64,000 bases of DNA from the NCBI GenBank assembly GCA_964234715.1, contig OZ174289.1; one strand, 5' to 3'. The notes beneath the pieces were generated by a model that saw only the letters and a list, made by a program, of their open reading frames with translations, searched no databases and was not told the origin of the DNA. Every line of letters begins with the position of its first letter. The first letter of the stretch is position 1. Below, one piece after another: positions 13,148-27,085 of the stretch. This DNA comes from Podarcis melisellensis (Eukaryota). A program made the position numbers and the translations under genes.

Positions 13148-13200
<53 letters not shown>
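13147..13200 (+). repeat. (GTT)18 microsatellite at the L2 tail
   Basis: Perfect GTT run seen directly. Confidence 0.95.
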
Positions 13201-14244
13201 AGACTATAAGGTACAGAAACTTCTCAAGGAAATTTTGCTGTTCCACAAATAAGGATAGTTAGCAGCAGTTTGAATAAGCATTCTGCCCTTGCAAGGAGTT
13301 ACAGTGATTAATTGTGATACTCTTCTCTGCAAGCAGCCTAAAGTTTTAAATAAAAGTGCAGGAAACATTCTCAAGTACACTTTGGTAGGAGTAAAAATTG
13401 ATGTAATGCAAATCTAGACATGTCCAAAAACACTAAATTAAAGGTTTTTCAGGGAGGGGGAATACAGATAAGGACATGCTTATTTTAGTGCGTTTTAACA
13501 AACATCAGACTAAGCAGACATCTAGGCTGGCACTGGAATCATACACATCTCCATGATATTTTTATACATCACTTTTATATGTCTGGACATTTTATATCAC
13601 CTAGGACCAAGTAATAAAAAGAATTTTGCTTTACATTGCTCAGTGTTACAGGAAAGAAACTTGGCAATTACACTCTTCATAACATAGCTTGCATTCATCA
13701 AAGAAAAGAGGATGCTATTGCAGCATAACCTTGACCTTTTATGGAACATAAGCTTTCCTTTTGGTTCTTTCTACCACTCAAAGTTTTCATATTGTCATGT
13801 CAAGATCACAAAAATAATTTTTGTCTTATGGCCTTAACCTTATAGGGCAGAAGTCATGAACTCAATCGTTATCTCATTCACAAGTTGGTATTCCAGGACT
13901 TGATTTTACCTTTCTTGTTATGCAGAGCTAATATACAATATGTGAGGGAAAACCCTCACAGTAATCTGAGTACCGGTAACCAGCCATCTGAGTACTGTAT
14001 ATTCACACCTAAAAATACAATAACCTACACCACTGACATACAAATGGAAAAACCTTTCTATTATGTAGATGAGTTATGCAGACCACAACTTAAGGGACTT
14101 TGTGAGTGCGTGGCCTCCACACACACATTTGTGCACACAATTCATCTCTTGAATGCAGAAGGATTCACTCACAATTCAAAACATGGAAACACTGTCCATG
14201 TAATAGAAACATATAGCCCCATGTGTATGGCTCACATGCAGCAA

Positions 14245-14430
14245 ATACATAGGAAGCCGCCTTACCCTGAGTCAGACCATCTAGCTCAATACTGTCTACA
14301 CTGACTGGCAGCAGCTCTCCAAAGTTTCAGACAGGGAACGTGCTCAGTCCTACTCAGAAAAGCCAATGACTGAACTAGAGACTTTCTGCATGCAGAACAG
14401 ATGCTTTACTGCTTAGCTACAGCCCTTTCC
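14245..14430 (-). mobile_element. tRNA-derived squamate SINE (not Sauria), degenerate
   Basis: Reverse complement starts GGGCTGTAGCTAAGCAGTAAAGCATCTG (tRNA-like head); body similar to the plus-strand copy at about 36470-36655. Confidence 0.6.
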
Positions 14431-14945
14431 CCAAGCAACAATTGAAAACTTTTGTGACTGGGAAATAACCTGCTAACTGGTTGGATTCTGCCCAGAAGCA
14501 GAAGACACTTGAACTAGGGCAGAACTAAACAAGAGTTAGGGAGAAGGAAGGCATATCATTGTGTGTGGAGACTATGCAAGTATTTATTTTCCCATGCTAC
14601 AGCCAATGAAACTATTTTCATGTAGAATAAAGGGCCATGTTTTTCATAAACAGAGACGTTAAAACTATTGGGCACTTAATTTCAAACACTTTCTCAAAAT
14701 TTTTTATTAACACTGCATTAAAGGAAAAAAGTTGTCTAATTTCAAATGTCTAAAATATACATGAAACTGTGAATTAAAGAATCTTGAAGCAAATATTTAT
14801 TTGGGCGCCAAACCTTTAGCCCTCCAAAAAAAGCTATGTCATAACTATATTCTTCAGCAGCCACTTGTTACACAATTTTTTTTACAAATCATTTAAATAG
14901 TCTAAACTAAGATAATAGTTATGGTTGTAAACCAAGGAATCCCAC

Positions 14946-15054
14946 CTGTAACTGCAAAGCTTCATGATTCTCAAGCCCCTCCACAATGTTTGAGAACCGC
15001 TCTCCATTATTTCTCTCAGCAGCAATTGTTATGGCTCCCAAAATTTTGTCCAGA
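14946..15054 (-). CDS. DIAPH2: DIAPH2 exon (equivalent to human exon 9), 109 nt: (V)LDKILGAITIAAERNNGERFSNIVEGLENHEALQLQ
   Basis: tttcag|T CTG GAC...TTA CAG|gtggga; phase 2 start completes the GT+T codon from the previous exon. Confidence 0.95.
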
Positions 15055-15669
15055 CTGAAACAGAAATTTGTTATTTTAAGAATAAGCGTTATAAGGCATT
15101 CATGTACTTTATCTCTTAGAATCTAATAGGCTACTCATTAACATATTTCTTTTTCTTAATAGGATTTTGTATTTTTTTCAAAGTATGTGTATACAAACAC
15201 AAAACTTAAACCAAGACATTATGGTTTGAATCTGGAGGTAAGTGAAGGAAGTTCACAGATAGAAAATTTTCACATTCTTTCCTCCAGTCAAATGCATCCC
15301 ATTAAAAGGCTATCTGGAAGGCTGCAGTGCCTTGCTGAACAATGTGCAGGGTGGGTGCTGGGGAAAGGGACAGTTGCTCAAACTGAGGTGGAGGTTCTCC
15401 AAAAAGGCTTCTCAGGCGACTCAGGTGGAAGAAAGGGATAGATAAGTTAAGGAAGTTCACAAAAGGAAACTATCTTAGGATTGAAGGCTATAATATTACC
15501 CTTCTCCATATTACAATATGCAGTATTATGTGTTTAGAGGCAGGTAGGTCAGTTTTAAAAATTTATCCAACATAAGGATTCATGGTTTGTTTTTTATGTC
15601 TGAAAACACACATACACACACACACTTCTTGCAACATACTTCTATTATGGAATGCTGATCTTAATTCTT

Positions 15670-15900
15670 TATTTTTATTCATTGTATTCCTATCCAACCT
15701 TTCCTCTGCAATGAGCTCAAGATGGCATCCATGATTCTTCTCTTTATCATTTAATCCAACAATTACACAGTTTGGTGGTTTAGACTGAGAGGCATTGATC
15801 GTCCCAAGTTCACCCAGTGAGCTTCTTGGCTAAGTGGGAATTTGAACCCTGGTTTCCAAAATCCACATCCAACACACTAAACACTACACCCCACTGGCCC
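15670..15900 (-). mobile_element. MIR/CORE-like SINE, degenerate
   Basis: Reverse-oriented motifs CCCAAGTTCACCCAGTGAG and GGAATTTGAACCCTGG, ending AACACTACACC. Confidence 0.6.
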
Positions 15901-16435
15901 ATGGTGCAAGAAAGTCACCACCCCTCTACTTCTCCTGTGACAATTCTACTCAGTTCTACCCAGTCTTTCTTTCTTTGCACTAAAAAAAGCATGCATTATG
16001 ACACTGTCAGCAATGCAGGTCGTGCCTCAAGCCAAAATTCACAGGACAGGAAAGTGTGAAAAGAAAACATGAGAAGAGCCCTGCTAGATCAAACCAAAGG
16101 CTTATCAAATGACGCATCCTGTTTCCCACAGTGCCAACCAGATGCCTAAAGGAAGCCCAGAAGCAAGTCATGAGAGTAACAGTCCTCTCCAGCAATTATT
16201 CCCCGGCATGCTGCTTCTGATCATGAAGGCAGCAAATAGCCATCAATACTACTGGACATTAATAACCTTATTCTCTATTCAAAGCAGGATGCTGCTGCTG
16301 TCAAGAGTAGGGATCATGAAGTCTCTTGGGCCATAAAATAGAAAGGCAAAATAGGTTGGGTGGACATAGAGAAGATCTTGGATATAAAACACTGAATTTA
16401 AATTGATCAATATCTAAGTGTATAATGTTACTTAC

Positions 16436-16572
16436 ACATTTTCTTCTCCAACAATACAAATGGCAGAAAGTATTTTTACTGTTTCAGTCATCATATTTGG
16501 TTGCTTTGGATCAATTGCTCTGGCAAGTAAAAGAAGGCTTCTTTCATCTCCTAGGATTCTTTGCAATCCATA
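16436..16572 (-). CDS. DIAPH2: DIAPH2 exon (equivalent to human exon 8), 137 nt: YGLQRILGDERSLLLLARAIDPKQPNMMTETVKILSAICIVGEEN(V)
   Basis: ttatag|TAT...AAT GT|gtaagt; phases fit both neighbours. Confidence 0.96.
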
Positions 16573-17163
16573 CTATAAAAAATAAAAATTGGAATAGTTA
16601 TATCCAAAATAATTCCCCTCTATACACACATGCTAATCAAATTACAGTTTCCACAACTTGAAATAAATTATTATAATATCAAAACATCTGTGAATGATAG
16701 CCTTCTAAATCCACTTTGGGGGCAAACCCTCTCCCCTCTGTCCAGTAAATGATGTGTCAATGAGGTTTTCAAGCTTTACTACTGTTTGTGACAGATTAGC
16801 TCCAATTCCAGAGGTGAGGATTTGGAAGAATCCTATCTGATCTCTGCTGGGTCTTACTTTATCTATGCTAATCAGCGGAAGCAATGAGAGAATCCAGTTT
16901 AAAAAACAACACTACCTGATGGGATTGCTACTTGAGGGTACCAGTTTAAATGTTAAAACTTCCTTGCTAAATTGCTTGCATTTCTAATTAAAAAGGTAAA
17001 GGTTGAATCTCAGCTGACTGAATATCCTTTGTTAAAGCTCAATGTGTTTGACTGGTTGAGCTGGTGCATCAGAATGCAAGCTATACTTAGTTCAATGGAG
17101 CTTATTCCCAGATATGTATGCATAGGTTTGCAATCATGCTACAAAAATGTTTAGTCTTTAAGG

Positions 17164-17422
17164 CAGGGGTTGGCAAGGTTTACCTTGCCTGGGCCGGTTC
17201 ACTCCAGCGGAGATCCCTCCGTGGGCTGGATCGCACGCATGTGTGAGCATGCGCACCCGTGATTTCTGGCATCTGCATCTGCGCAGACACAATTTCTGGC
17301 ACCGCGGAAGCGAGTCCCCGCACAGCACTGTGCCGGTTTAGCACAGTGCATGGGGACTCTCCAAGCGGGCGGCTCGGGGGCCGGTTAAACGACCCCCATG
17401 GGCCTTAGGTTGCTGCCCCCTG
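17164..17422. mobile_element. hAT (Charlie-like) MITE, 259 bp, GC-rich
   Basis: Termini CAGGGG...CCCCTG; perfect 8-bp TSD CTTTAAGG at 17156-17163 and 17423-17430. Confidence 0.85.
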
Positions 17423-18353
17423 CTTTAAGGCCACAGGACTCCTTCTGGAGAAAAACTGGTAATTCCACCTTCAATTTAGAAGGATGGGATGGGGGGATGC
17501 AGTGGACCTATATTAGAAACGAGTGTTGCATTGTCTTATTTTATTATCATGGAATTCCCCCAAAAAAGTAAGAATATTCCAGAAAAGTAGTCTATAATGT
17601 AATAGAAAGTCAAAGTTTTTGGTTCTCTATCCTTTCTTAAGTTACCAGTCAGTAAGCTCCACTGCATTCAAAAGGACTTACATTTGTGTGCACCTGGTTA
17701 GGATTGTGCTGTTAGTATAACATCTTTATAAGATCGCTAAGTATTTTTCCAGATTGAGTCCACCATGTGGACATACCAAGATGCACACCTCATGTGTTTG
17801 TGTGTGTATCAGTGTTTCCTTAATAATAATAAAAACCTATGTGGGGGCACTTTTTTCTTGCCACTGCTCCCTCTCATTCCACATAACTCTGAAGTATCGG
17901 TGGGTTCTGAGTTTAAGTTATTCCACATGCTACCAGTTAAGATTAGCAATTGTGAACAGCATGCAGATGCATGTTCATACTCAGCTTTATCTGAGAGGCT
18001 GGAGAGAAGGAGGGCCTTTAATGATGGCCATCCATGTGGTGCATAACCTCCAATCCCAACTCAACCACACAATACTTTAATCTGTTAAATGGACATCATA
18101 TCTTAGTGGACTGCAGGATGGAGCATGGAAACAATTGTGACTGTGTTCCTACTCTCAGAAATGTAATTGTGTGTATCTTCCAAAATTTCGAATGTAAGTT
18201 TTCACAACACTTTATATACTTGTTAACCAATGAAGTAACTGATAAATTAGCTGCCCATTATTCTCTCTTCTGACAGAAGTAATTACAGAAAAACAGGTAA
18301 AGTATTGTCACCCATAGGCCAAATTTCCCTTTCTTAATTTCAGCTGTTTATAA

Positions 18354-18355
<2 letters not shown>

Positions 18356-18423
<68 letters not shown>
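18356..18423 (+). repeat. Compound (AC)n(AG)n microsatellite
   Basis: Seen directly, about 70 nt downstream of a DIAPH2 donor site. Confidence 0.95.
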
Positions 18424-18425
<2 letters not shown>

Positions 18426-18491
18426 TGTCACTCATGACCACATAAACTGAACTCACTTGAAGGAAAAACCAGAAGAAACTGAAATTCTTAC

Positions 18492-18561
18492 CTTATTATT
18501 CATAAATGCTTTGAGGCACTGTATAAGCTTATGCTGATTCTTCTTGTCAATACTTTCTTGC
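18492..18561 (-). CDS. DIAPH2: DIAPH2 exon (equivalent to human exon 7), 70 nt: (Q)QESIDKKNQHKLIQCLKAFMNNK
   Basis: tttaaag|G CAA...AAT AAG|gtaaga; conserved CLKAFMNNK motif. Confidence 0.96.
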
Positions 18562-18657
18562 CTTTAAAGGGGGGGGGGGAGAATACCAACAGTAAGACAC
18601 TGTATTAACTGCTCCCCTTTTTTAACTATCCCTTTCACTGATCATGTCTGTACTTAC

Positions 18658-18732
18658 TGTCTCTTGTCCAGAAGCTTCTCAAGAACATCCAACAGAAGCC
18701 CAAGCCCTTCATGTCCAAAATTGTTAACCCAA
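18658..18732 (-). CDS. DIAPH2: DIAPH2 exon (equivalent to human exon 6), 75 nt: (S)WVNNFGHEGLGLLLDVLEKLLDKR(Q)
   Basis: atacag|T TGG...AGA CA|gtaagt; phase 2-2; followed by a 96-nt intron. Confidence 0.96.
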
Positions 18733-19244
18733 CTGTATAAAAATAAAATGCAAAATAGTTTACATTTCCTTTTTTACAGAATCACATTAGGCAAAAGTTA
18801 GTCATACGAACCAAGTACCTGTTACAGACAAAGGGGCTCCAATGCACATACAAGAGGTTGATGATAATGTTGAATGTGTATATAAACACAGAGATTAACC
18901 TCCAACATCTGTCTCACCAGCCTAGTTTGTGATATTAAGGAATCCAAAACTGCTAGCATCTTATGGAATAGAAAATTCCTGTGTTATAAGTATTACAGTA
19001 TTATGTGACATAATATTATTAGGTAATAAAACTACTTAACTGCCTCAACAGCAGCAGCACATGCACCACATGGATTAACAGTTTGTTTATCTGGAATCGT
19101 TAATCTTCTAAGCATTTTTCCCTCCCAATGGAAAAATTCACACAACACATTCACACAACAGAAACGCACACGAACACGCGTGCACACACGAAAGGCAGTC
19201 ATGTTCATAATCATCAATTAAGCTTAATAAAGCATGTTAACAAG

Positions 19245-19684
19245 TTAAGAGCGGTTTCAGGTTAAGAGCAGACCTCCGGACCGAATTAAGTTTGTAACCA
19301 GAGGTACCACTGTACTTGCTTCCTGTTTTTCTCAATCTTAAGGGTTTCATGAATATGATCTAGAGGATATGTAGTTCAAGGCCAGAGAAAGATGAATGAA
19401 CCTATGGCTCTACTAGGGATTTTGTGTTCCCTTTAACTCCTTTGAATTTAGTACTGCCCTGAACAATAGAAAGCAGGATTGAGACACCAACCCCACTGAA
19501 GCCCTTATTTGAATATTTTCTTAGTTCTTCCCATGGATTAGTTAACATGATTTCTTAGAGGCCTCTGTACCGTCAGTGCGCAATTTCTGTTCTCATCCTG
19601 AGGTAAAGTTCTTAACCTGAGGTACTACTTCTGGGTTAGTGGAGTCTGTAACTGGAAGGGTTTGTAACCCGAGGTACCACTGTA
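19245..19684. mobile_element. Two partial Tigger-like MITE ends (about 19245-19314 and 19580-19684)
   Basis: Both end in GAGGTACCACTG-TA and match internal parts of the 8444-8643 element. Confidence 0.7.
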
Positions 19685-22600
19685 TGTCACTTTTACTAAA
19701 CTAAGTATTGTAATTCAGCTGAAACTGAAATGTGTCTAAATAATGGCCAACTGCAGTCTGCAATCTAGCAACGTCCTACAAACACACATACCACACATAA
19801 CCACCACTGACCAGGAAGCTGAAATATTAATGCTGAAGGAGAAGAATGAACAATAGAGTTCTGGTAAACAGTATAAGTGCAGCAAGGGAAGTGAAAGAAT
19901 TTGGCTGCAGGAAAAATAGCACAGGACTTAGGTAAAGAGTTGTGTTTGGTGGTTGGACAGCTAAAGAAAAATTCTAGGCTTTGGTCAACAAAAGACTTAT
20001 TGGTGAGCCATTCTGAAGGCAAGTTGCAAGGCAGCAAGTCAAGATTCCCCTCCTATTTCCCAAAATAAAATGTCAGCAAATCTCACTGGCACGAATACCA
20101 ACCCTCCACATCACTCAGACATCTCTAGATTGGAAGTCTGTGGGCAGTTGATACTCCTCTCAGAGAGCAAAATACGGACCCCCTAGGCATCTAGTTACTG
20201 ATACACAGAATGTCCACTGTCCAAAGGCAGCATTTCTTTACTTTCTGGTATTATTTTTCTAACCCCATTCCCCAATGGAGTGGTTTACCAGTGAATATAC
20301 ATGTAAGTTTTTCTTCTTCCTCTATGATCTCTGAGCTCTACTGAATTAGACAGATAATCAACAAATCATAACCTTTCATTTCTGAATTTCTGATAATCTC
20401 TGGGAGCACTTTTTAAAATGTTTGCATCTTCCAGATTCTTCACTGACATTCAAACTATTCTTCTACTTGTGTACATACTGTTGCATAAGTGGTACCTAAG
20501 AAACTATGACATTTCTGATGCAGCTTTCAAAGTGTTTTTAGCCACTGCTAGTAAAGCAATGCTAGTAAAGGTAAAGGTAAAACACAATATATGCAAGAAA
20601 GACTATGGATATGTGAAAATGGCAATTCCATCAACACAAGAGGTCCATTAATTCAAATTTGCACTTCCCATATAAACTGTGGCTTTTATAAAATGAGCAA
20701 ATTGTTGTGAAAGTAAAGCATGCCTGAAGCAACAGACCTCGTGTGAAGAAATTCAGTGTTAATATGTTGTCATTCAATGTTAGTGCAACACCAGAGGGTA
20801 GAGTTCATTGGTATGTATGGTATGCAACAGAATGCACCTCTAATGGTGTTCCATTCCCAGCAGTAATCTCAAAGCATAAATCACATCACTGAACATCAAA
20901 TAAAAGAGTGATATTTCAAAGCTGCATGGAGAAATAGAGAATGGTAGGAAAATAGAAAGGTGTAGTCCTCCTTGCTCCAATAATCATATGGTCAACTGTT
21001 ACATGTTACAAGTTACAAGTTATTTAGTATTAAGTATGTGTAATAGTCAAGAAACTAATAAAAGTGTCTTTCCTTTTGCTCTTCTTTTGTATTAGTTATC
21101 TTTAAAATGTTACTTATGGTCATGCCAGCCCATGGTACCCATCACTGCCTAATGGGGGGAGAAAGACAAATGTTTTCCACAATGAGTTTACAGTTTAATC
21201 CTTACAGATTTATACAGATTCATTTATATGAGCTTCAGCACTGTCACAATGTAAACTATAAACTCATTGCAGCAAGGACCTGTGAAGGAGCAAGTACACA
21301 GGTGGCACTATATAAACAATAATATAATAACTTTATAATTTGCCTTGGGTTCCACATTTTCTTATTTTTACAATATAGTTGCTGAGGTAGATCAAGTCTT
21401 TTGAATTTATTTAAATTAGCAGTAGAGCTCCCAATAATTAATGGTAAAGCCTTTGCTAATTTGCTTTTCTCTATCACTCTCCCTGAAGCATTACCTTTAT
21501 GTCTGCAAACTTCCTGCCCAAGTTCATTCAACTGTACAAGCAGGAGAGCTGACACACAAATTTAAGTGGCCAAAGGAAAACCAAGAGGATACCTTCAGAA
21601 CAATGCAACTCAAGAGCTGCTGTTGACATTTTTGGAATTGTTGACTTCATATATCTAAAAGATTGAGTTTCTGAACTCAAATAAATGAGCAGAGTATTCA
21701 GCACACCAAGCATTCAATAATATTCCATTAATGCTTTGAACATGCAACAATCCCATTTATAAAACAAAACCTATAGCAAGCTTATATTTTTATTGCAGCA
21801 ATTCCCATCCTTTGTTGATAAAAAGCGAAATACTTTGAATAGTCACATGGAAAGCATAAAGGAACAGCTACTATCATATCCACAATTACCAACATATTTC
21901 AGCAGTCTGTCAAGAGTGTGTGCTAACTATTCATATTTTTTGTTCTGTATTTTATTTTTGGTGGTGTTTATACAACCCTCAGTCACTAGATGGCTCTCTA
22001 GAGCCATCTAGGTTCAAGATTGCTACTTGAAGCAATGCATAATAAAGATCATGAACAGACACAATAACTCATCAGAGTGAAAAAGACTATGGACTAATAA
22101 ATGACAATGTGTCTGTGAGGGAACCTAGAGGAAATTAAAAGTACTGGCTATAAAACTTTTACAAACCTCCCTTTGTTTTAATATCTTCTAAAGAGCATTG
22201 ACTTATGTTTGTGCAGAAATCAAACATGCAACTATGCAAAGGGCATGGCCTTCTTTGTAGTGGTGCTAAAACTGTGCATCACTTCCTCAATAAGGTTATC
22301 ACAAGTGGAATCATTGGTGTCTCACCAGTATTAAATATTAAAGCTGTTGGCTATCTTTGGGTGGTGCTGGTAGTGGTGATATTTTCTCTTTAGAAAGCCT
22401 TTAACATTTGGTGCCTCCCCCAACCCTCATGCTGCCTTCCTAAAGCCAGGTAAGCAATGCGCTGGGCTCTGAGAAGGAGGCATGAGGGCTCTCACACTGT
22501 CCTAGTCCTCCCATCTCCTTTGCAAAGCCTAGTGCTTTCTCTAGGCTTTGCGAGGAAAGCTTTGTGCCTCCTTCGCAAAGCCCAGTGCCTTGCTTAGCCA

Positions 22601-24577
22601 GGTCTGGGAAGGCAATGCAAAAGCTGGGGGGAATCAAACTTTGGTTTTGCTTCCCCCCTGCCACGCGACAAGGCAGCATGCTGTCTGCGGGTTCCATGTC
22701 AAACGACCTACCTGGTATGAAAAGTTGAGTCACCCCACTTTAGATTCTTTTTGCATCTATGTATGTATACATCTTGGGAACTCACACAATGGTGCTGTTT
22801 GTATGCTACTTTTATTATTCTGTATCCTGCACTAGGTAGCTTCAAAAAGCAGGGTAGAAAAATTAAACAAATAGGCATAACTTTTAAAGTACTAAACCCA
22901 ATTCCATAGTTCAAAACCACACACTTCTGAGAGCCTATTCCAATGAAGGTTAGGTCATACATACCCCATCTCATTCTCCTATGCCTACATGAAATAGTAA
23001 AGTATTAACATGTCTTATTTAGATTTAAGATTACAATTAATTCAGCAGATCATTGAGATATGAATTCACTGAATTTTGGACATATTTCGTTACCTTGGGT
23101 TACTAACCACAATTACTACCAGAAGTACACAGAACAAAGTGGAACTTCATTTCACTTCTATTACTATTCCATTTTGGAGGAAGGTTAAACAGAATCACAT
23201 TTTAATTTTTGCATTGCAATAGCCAAATTATTTAACTTGCAGTACTTGAAAAGAGTGAGCCTGTTACACACTGAAACATAGTAGTCAAGGAGGCTGTAGC
23301 ACTTAACTGACAGCACGCTAGTTGTAGATTTAACAAAATTCATGCCTATTAACTGCCTAGCCTCTCCTTCCATTTTCTTTATTTTCCCCATTATGTGACA
23401 TGGTTGATAATTTGTTTTTAGGGTTGAATGAATTGGTGGAGTAAGAGACGAGGGAAGGCATACTTAAGATTTTACTGTGCATGTTCATATTTAAAAAGTC
23501 TTGTTGAAAGGTTAAAGCAAGTTATATATAAGGCTCAAAGGAAACAAGAAGTAAAGCTGATCAAGCAAATAGTTATATTTTAATATTTGTACCACTGTTC
23601 TGCTCATATGTCATAAAAAAAACCACAAACCAGAGACTGTGAGCATTAAAAAAAGGATAAGGAACAACCACCTTCCTCCTAGGACTCTACCTTCAGATGT
23701 ATTCAAAGAGAGAACTCTAGCCTCAACCACAGCACAATCTAGTTTCAGGCTTAGACACAAAGTTATTAAGAATATGAATGTATTAGCAGTGATACTTCTC
23801 TGATAGAACCCAACAATACAAAATTCAACTGGATGTTAAAAGGAGGCTTGAAAGTCATCTGAATAAAGACAGCAGTAGAAACTATAGTAGCAACTGAGAG
23901 CACCAAGAAATAGATAAGCCCAAGAATCACAATTTAGACAAGATTCAAAAGGTGACAATAAAAGGGGGAAATGTGGCAAAAGAATAGATAACACTAATTC
24001 GTGAGATGAATGCAAGCACAATTAACAGAGAAGGCAGAGGTAACAATAAAACAGTGATGGGGTTGCAGTCTTAGTCTCAAGGACTCAGGCAGCCTGAATC
24101 TTTCAAAGCAGGTCTCTAAGGACTGAATTTGCTTTCTTGTCTTTACACTGGGACAGACACATCAAGGTCATGTTTACATGTTAAGTTTCCTTTCTCACTT
24201 TGCCTTCAGCAGCCAAAGGGAAGGGTCCTCAGAAATGTGCTGGGTTTGAAATACTTTGTCTAAGTATGCTATGTGTTTTGCAGTGTTAGGACCAGTATAA
24301 ACAAGAAGTACATTTTCATACAAGTATGATCCAGGAATAAAGAGCCAGACTCAGAATGCCTTAATTGGATGAAAATGCAGTGGTGTAAAACGCGAAAAAC
24401 AAACTGCTGGTTGTTGTCCACAGAAGTTGAACAATGCTGTCAAGAACGGTAAAAAGCTGATGTCATTGTCACCTGTCCTGATAGAGATATTCTGATAGCT
24501 ACAGCAGGTGCTGTGATTCTCCAGCAGCTTGGGCTTCACTCCTGGAGGGACACTCCATTGTCTCTTGAGACAGACCA

Positions 24578-24772
24578 ACAACCACTTTTAAAGCACTCTT
24601 ATGTCATGTTAACAGTTACAGCTTCCCCTAAAGAATCCTGGGAACTGTAGTTCTACAAAGGCCTCCTAACAGCTCTCAGCACACTTAACAAACTACAGTC
24701 CCCAGGACTCTTTGTGGAAAACCATGACTGCTAAAATAGTATAAGAATGTTTCAAATTTATGGTGTGGATAT
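24578..24772. mobile_element. Palindromic squamate MITE, degenerate
   Basis: Inverted arms AAAGAATCCTGGGAACTGTAGTT / AACTACAGTCCCAGGACTCTTT; a weaker relative lies near 35330-35510. Confidence 0.6.
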
Positions 24773-25160
24773 GATTCAGGTGTCAGGAATCCCTCACAAT
24801 GGTTCTCAAACTGGACAGCTGGGAGAGCAGGATTCACTGTGTGCCACTGTCCAGATCTGGCCAAAATTTGGATGCAGGAGAGCTGGGGGAAATTAACAAC
24901 ATCTGCAAAGGAATTCTCATTCCTCATAAGACAGACAAGGTCAGCTAATACTCCCAACTCATACAAAGGCTTCCTTGCTGTTCCCAATATTAAAGAATTC
25001 TGCTCTTTTAAAAGACTACTTGTTCACCACCTCATCCACTAATCTCAGTCTCACAGAAACCAATATACTGTTTTCACAAAATCTTTGCGTTTTGGAAGAA
25101 ATAAGCCAGAGTATATATCCAAGAGTAAATGGATCTAGAAGAACTATGCAACCAATGGGC

Positions 25161-25164
<4 letters not shown>

Positions 25165-25217
<53 letters not shown>
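25165..25217. repeat. (AT)n microsatellite
   Basis: Seen directly; source of the YIYIYI ORFs. Confidence 0.95.
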
Positions 25218-25220
<3 letters not shown>

Positions 25221-27085
25221 CCACCATCAGCCACCATAAAAATGACTTTGATCCCATAATGCCCCAGACACAAAACAGAGGCACTTTCATTCACAGGTTC
25301 ACATGATCACCCTTTTCCATTACCCATACCTTCCCACCCATCACCTTTTCTTAGGGGGGTGCAAGGGACTGCAGAAGGAATTAGGCAGGAAAACTCCAGT
25401 GAATGTCGTTTAGATACAAGTCCTTGTTTGCTATCCTATGCCATATACCTCACAAGCTACTTCCCATATATTTGAAGCTCACATCCATTGCTAAAAGTAT
25501 TAGAACAATTTTCTGTTCTAAGAAACAGGAATAGTTTTCGGAATGAAAATGCATACCCGCATTTTCACAGCAATCCTATCTATATTCGTATTTTTACTTT
25601 GTTACTGTGACAGAGTTGTTCCTGTGCAACCTAGTAGCAAAGGATAACTGATTATTACTAATAAGTCATGTGAAAACAAATGTAATATTTGTTACTATAG
25701 TGGTGAACGACTATAATAATAAATATAACAGAGTGTAAGAATCCCACAGTCAATTATGAAGCCAATTATATGTGATTTCTCAACACATTATTTACATCTT
25801 TGTGCTTAAATATGTTGTTTCCAAATCATTTTTTCTGCATGAATAGTAAATGCTAAAACTCAGACACAGCAATCCACACCAATCAGCTATATAACGAAGT
25901 GTTTCATGCTTAATGCTGTTTCTACCATCCCATTAAATTTAAGAGGTGACTGCTGTCATCGGATCTATCAAAGGTGATAGTTTGTGCTGGTTCTGGTAGC
26001 CTGCAAACAAAAGGGCCTAATGCTGTTATTGAACACATTTAAGAAGACAGATATTGAGGAACTAGGAAGGGCAAGCAACTCTTCAACAAGAATGTGTTAT
26101 ATAAAACTTTCAAGATCAAGTGAACCAGGCTCCATATTTATTGCACTCTGCTCCATGGACCAACTTTGACAGATTGGTGGGGTAACTCAGCTGTTATCCA
26201 ACCACTGTCATGATGATGCCAAGTGAATAGTAAGTGTTCCCAGCCGCCTGTTGAAGTTTACCCCCAGTGAAGGGGGAGAGGTCTGATCCACCATCATATT
26301 CCCTATGGGGAACACACTGGCAAAGCAGCCCCAAGCAGGACTGAACTCCATTCAACAGCTGATATCACCTCATGGAAGGCAGCAGCAGATACGACAGGTA
26401 GGCATGGTTTGGGGGAAATGGCCTTGCAAGTTCATACTCTATACCCTTTCCTTATCTACCACTCTCCTACCTCCCTTAAAACCTCTATTAAGACAAAACA
26501 TAATTAAATGAAGCATCTGTCAAAATTCCTTGCATACACCAGCCCACTATGATGTATTAAACAAGATGCGGAGACATTTTGAATTCAAGAAGGCATATTA
26601 ACAAAAATACCATACATAGAGCTTTTCACAGCTTACCCAGCAACAGGTATCATTTCTCAGTCTTTGGTTTCATTTACCAAGGATAAATAACCTAATTAAT
26701 TATTAAATGTTCAATCCTTCAAATAGATTTTTCAATGAAAGTAGGTCTTTAAATAAATGCTGCAGTCACAACAGTATCTCCTACACAGTATGGGGTTTTT
26801 TAAAGTTTGGGGGATCAAAATAGAAGCTGCATACAAACACACACACACACACACACACACAAATAGGGACTTCATCCTTTTGACACAAAAATCTAAATTA
26901 GGGTTTCTTCTACATGAAGTCCCAATTATGTTTTAAGGCCAAAGTAAATAATGCTCATAGTGAAAAACAAATCATAATCCCTGCAGCAGGAGACATTTTT
27001 ATTTGGAACTGGCTAATTCTGTACTTTTTTAACATACATCACTTTACAAATGCAATTTCCTTGGATAACAATTTTCATTACCTAC

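Noticed and set aside
13885-14304. 139-aa ORF and other 60-140 aa ORFs in introns
   Set aside because: No recognisable domains or splice context; many overlap repeats or microsatellites, and many begin at non-ATG codons.
18733-27085. Nested gene, such as the RPA4 retrogene found in a mammalian DIAPH2 intron
   Set aside because: No ORF with RPA32-like or other recognisable protein sequence here or elsewhere in the window.
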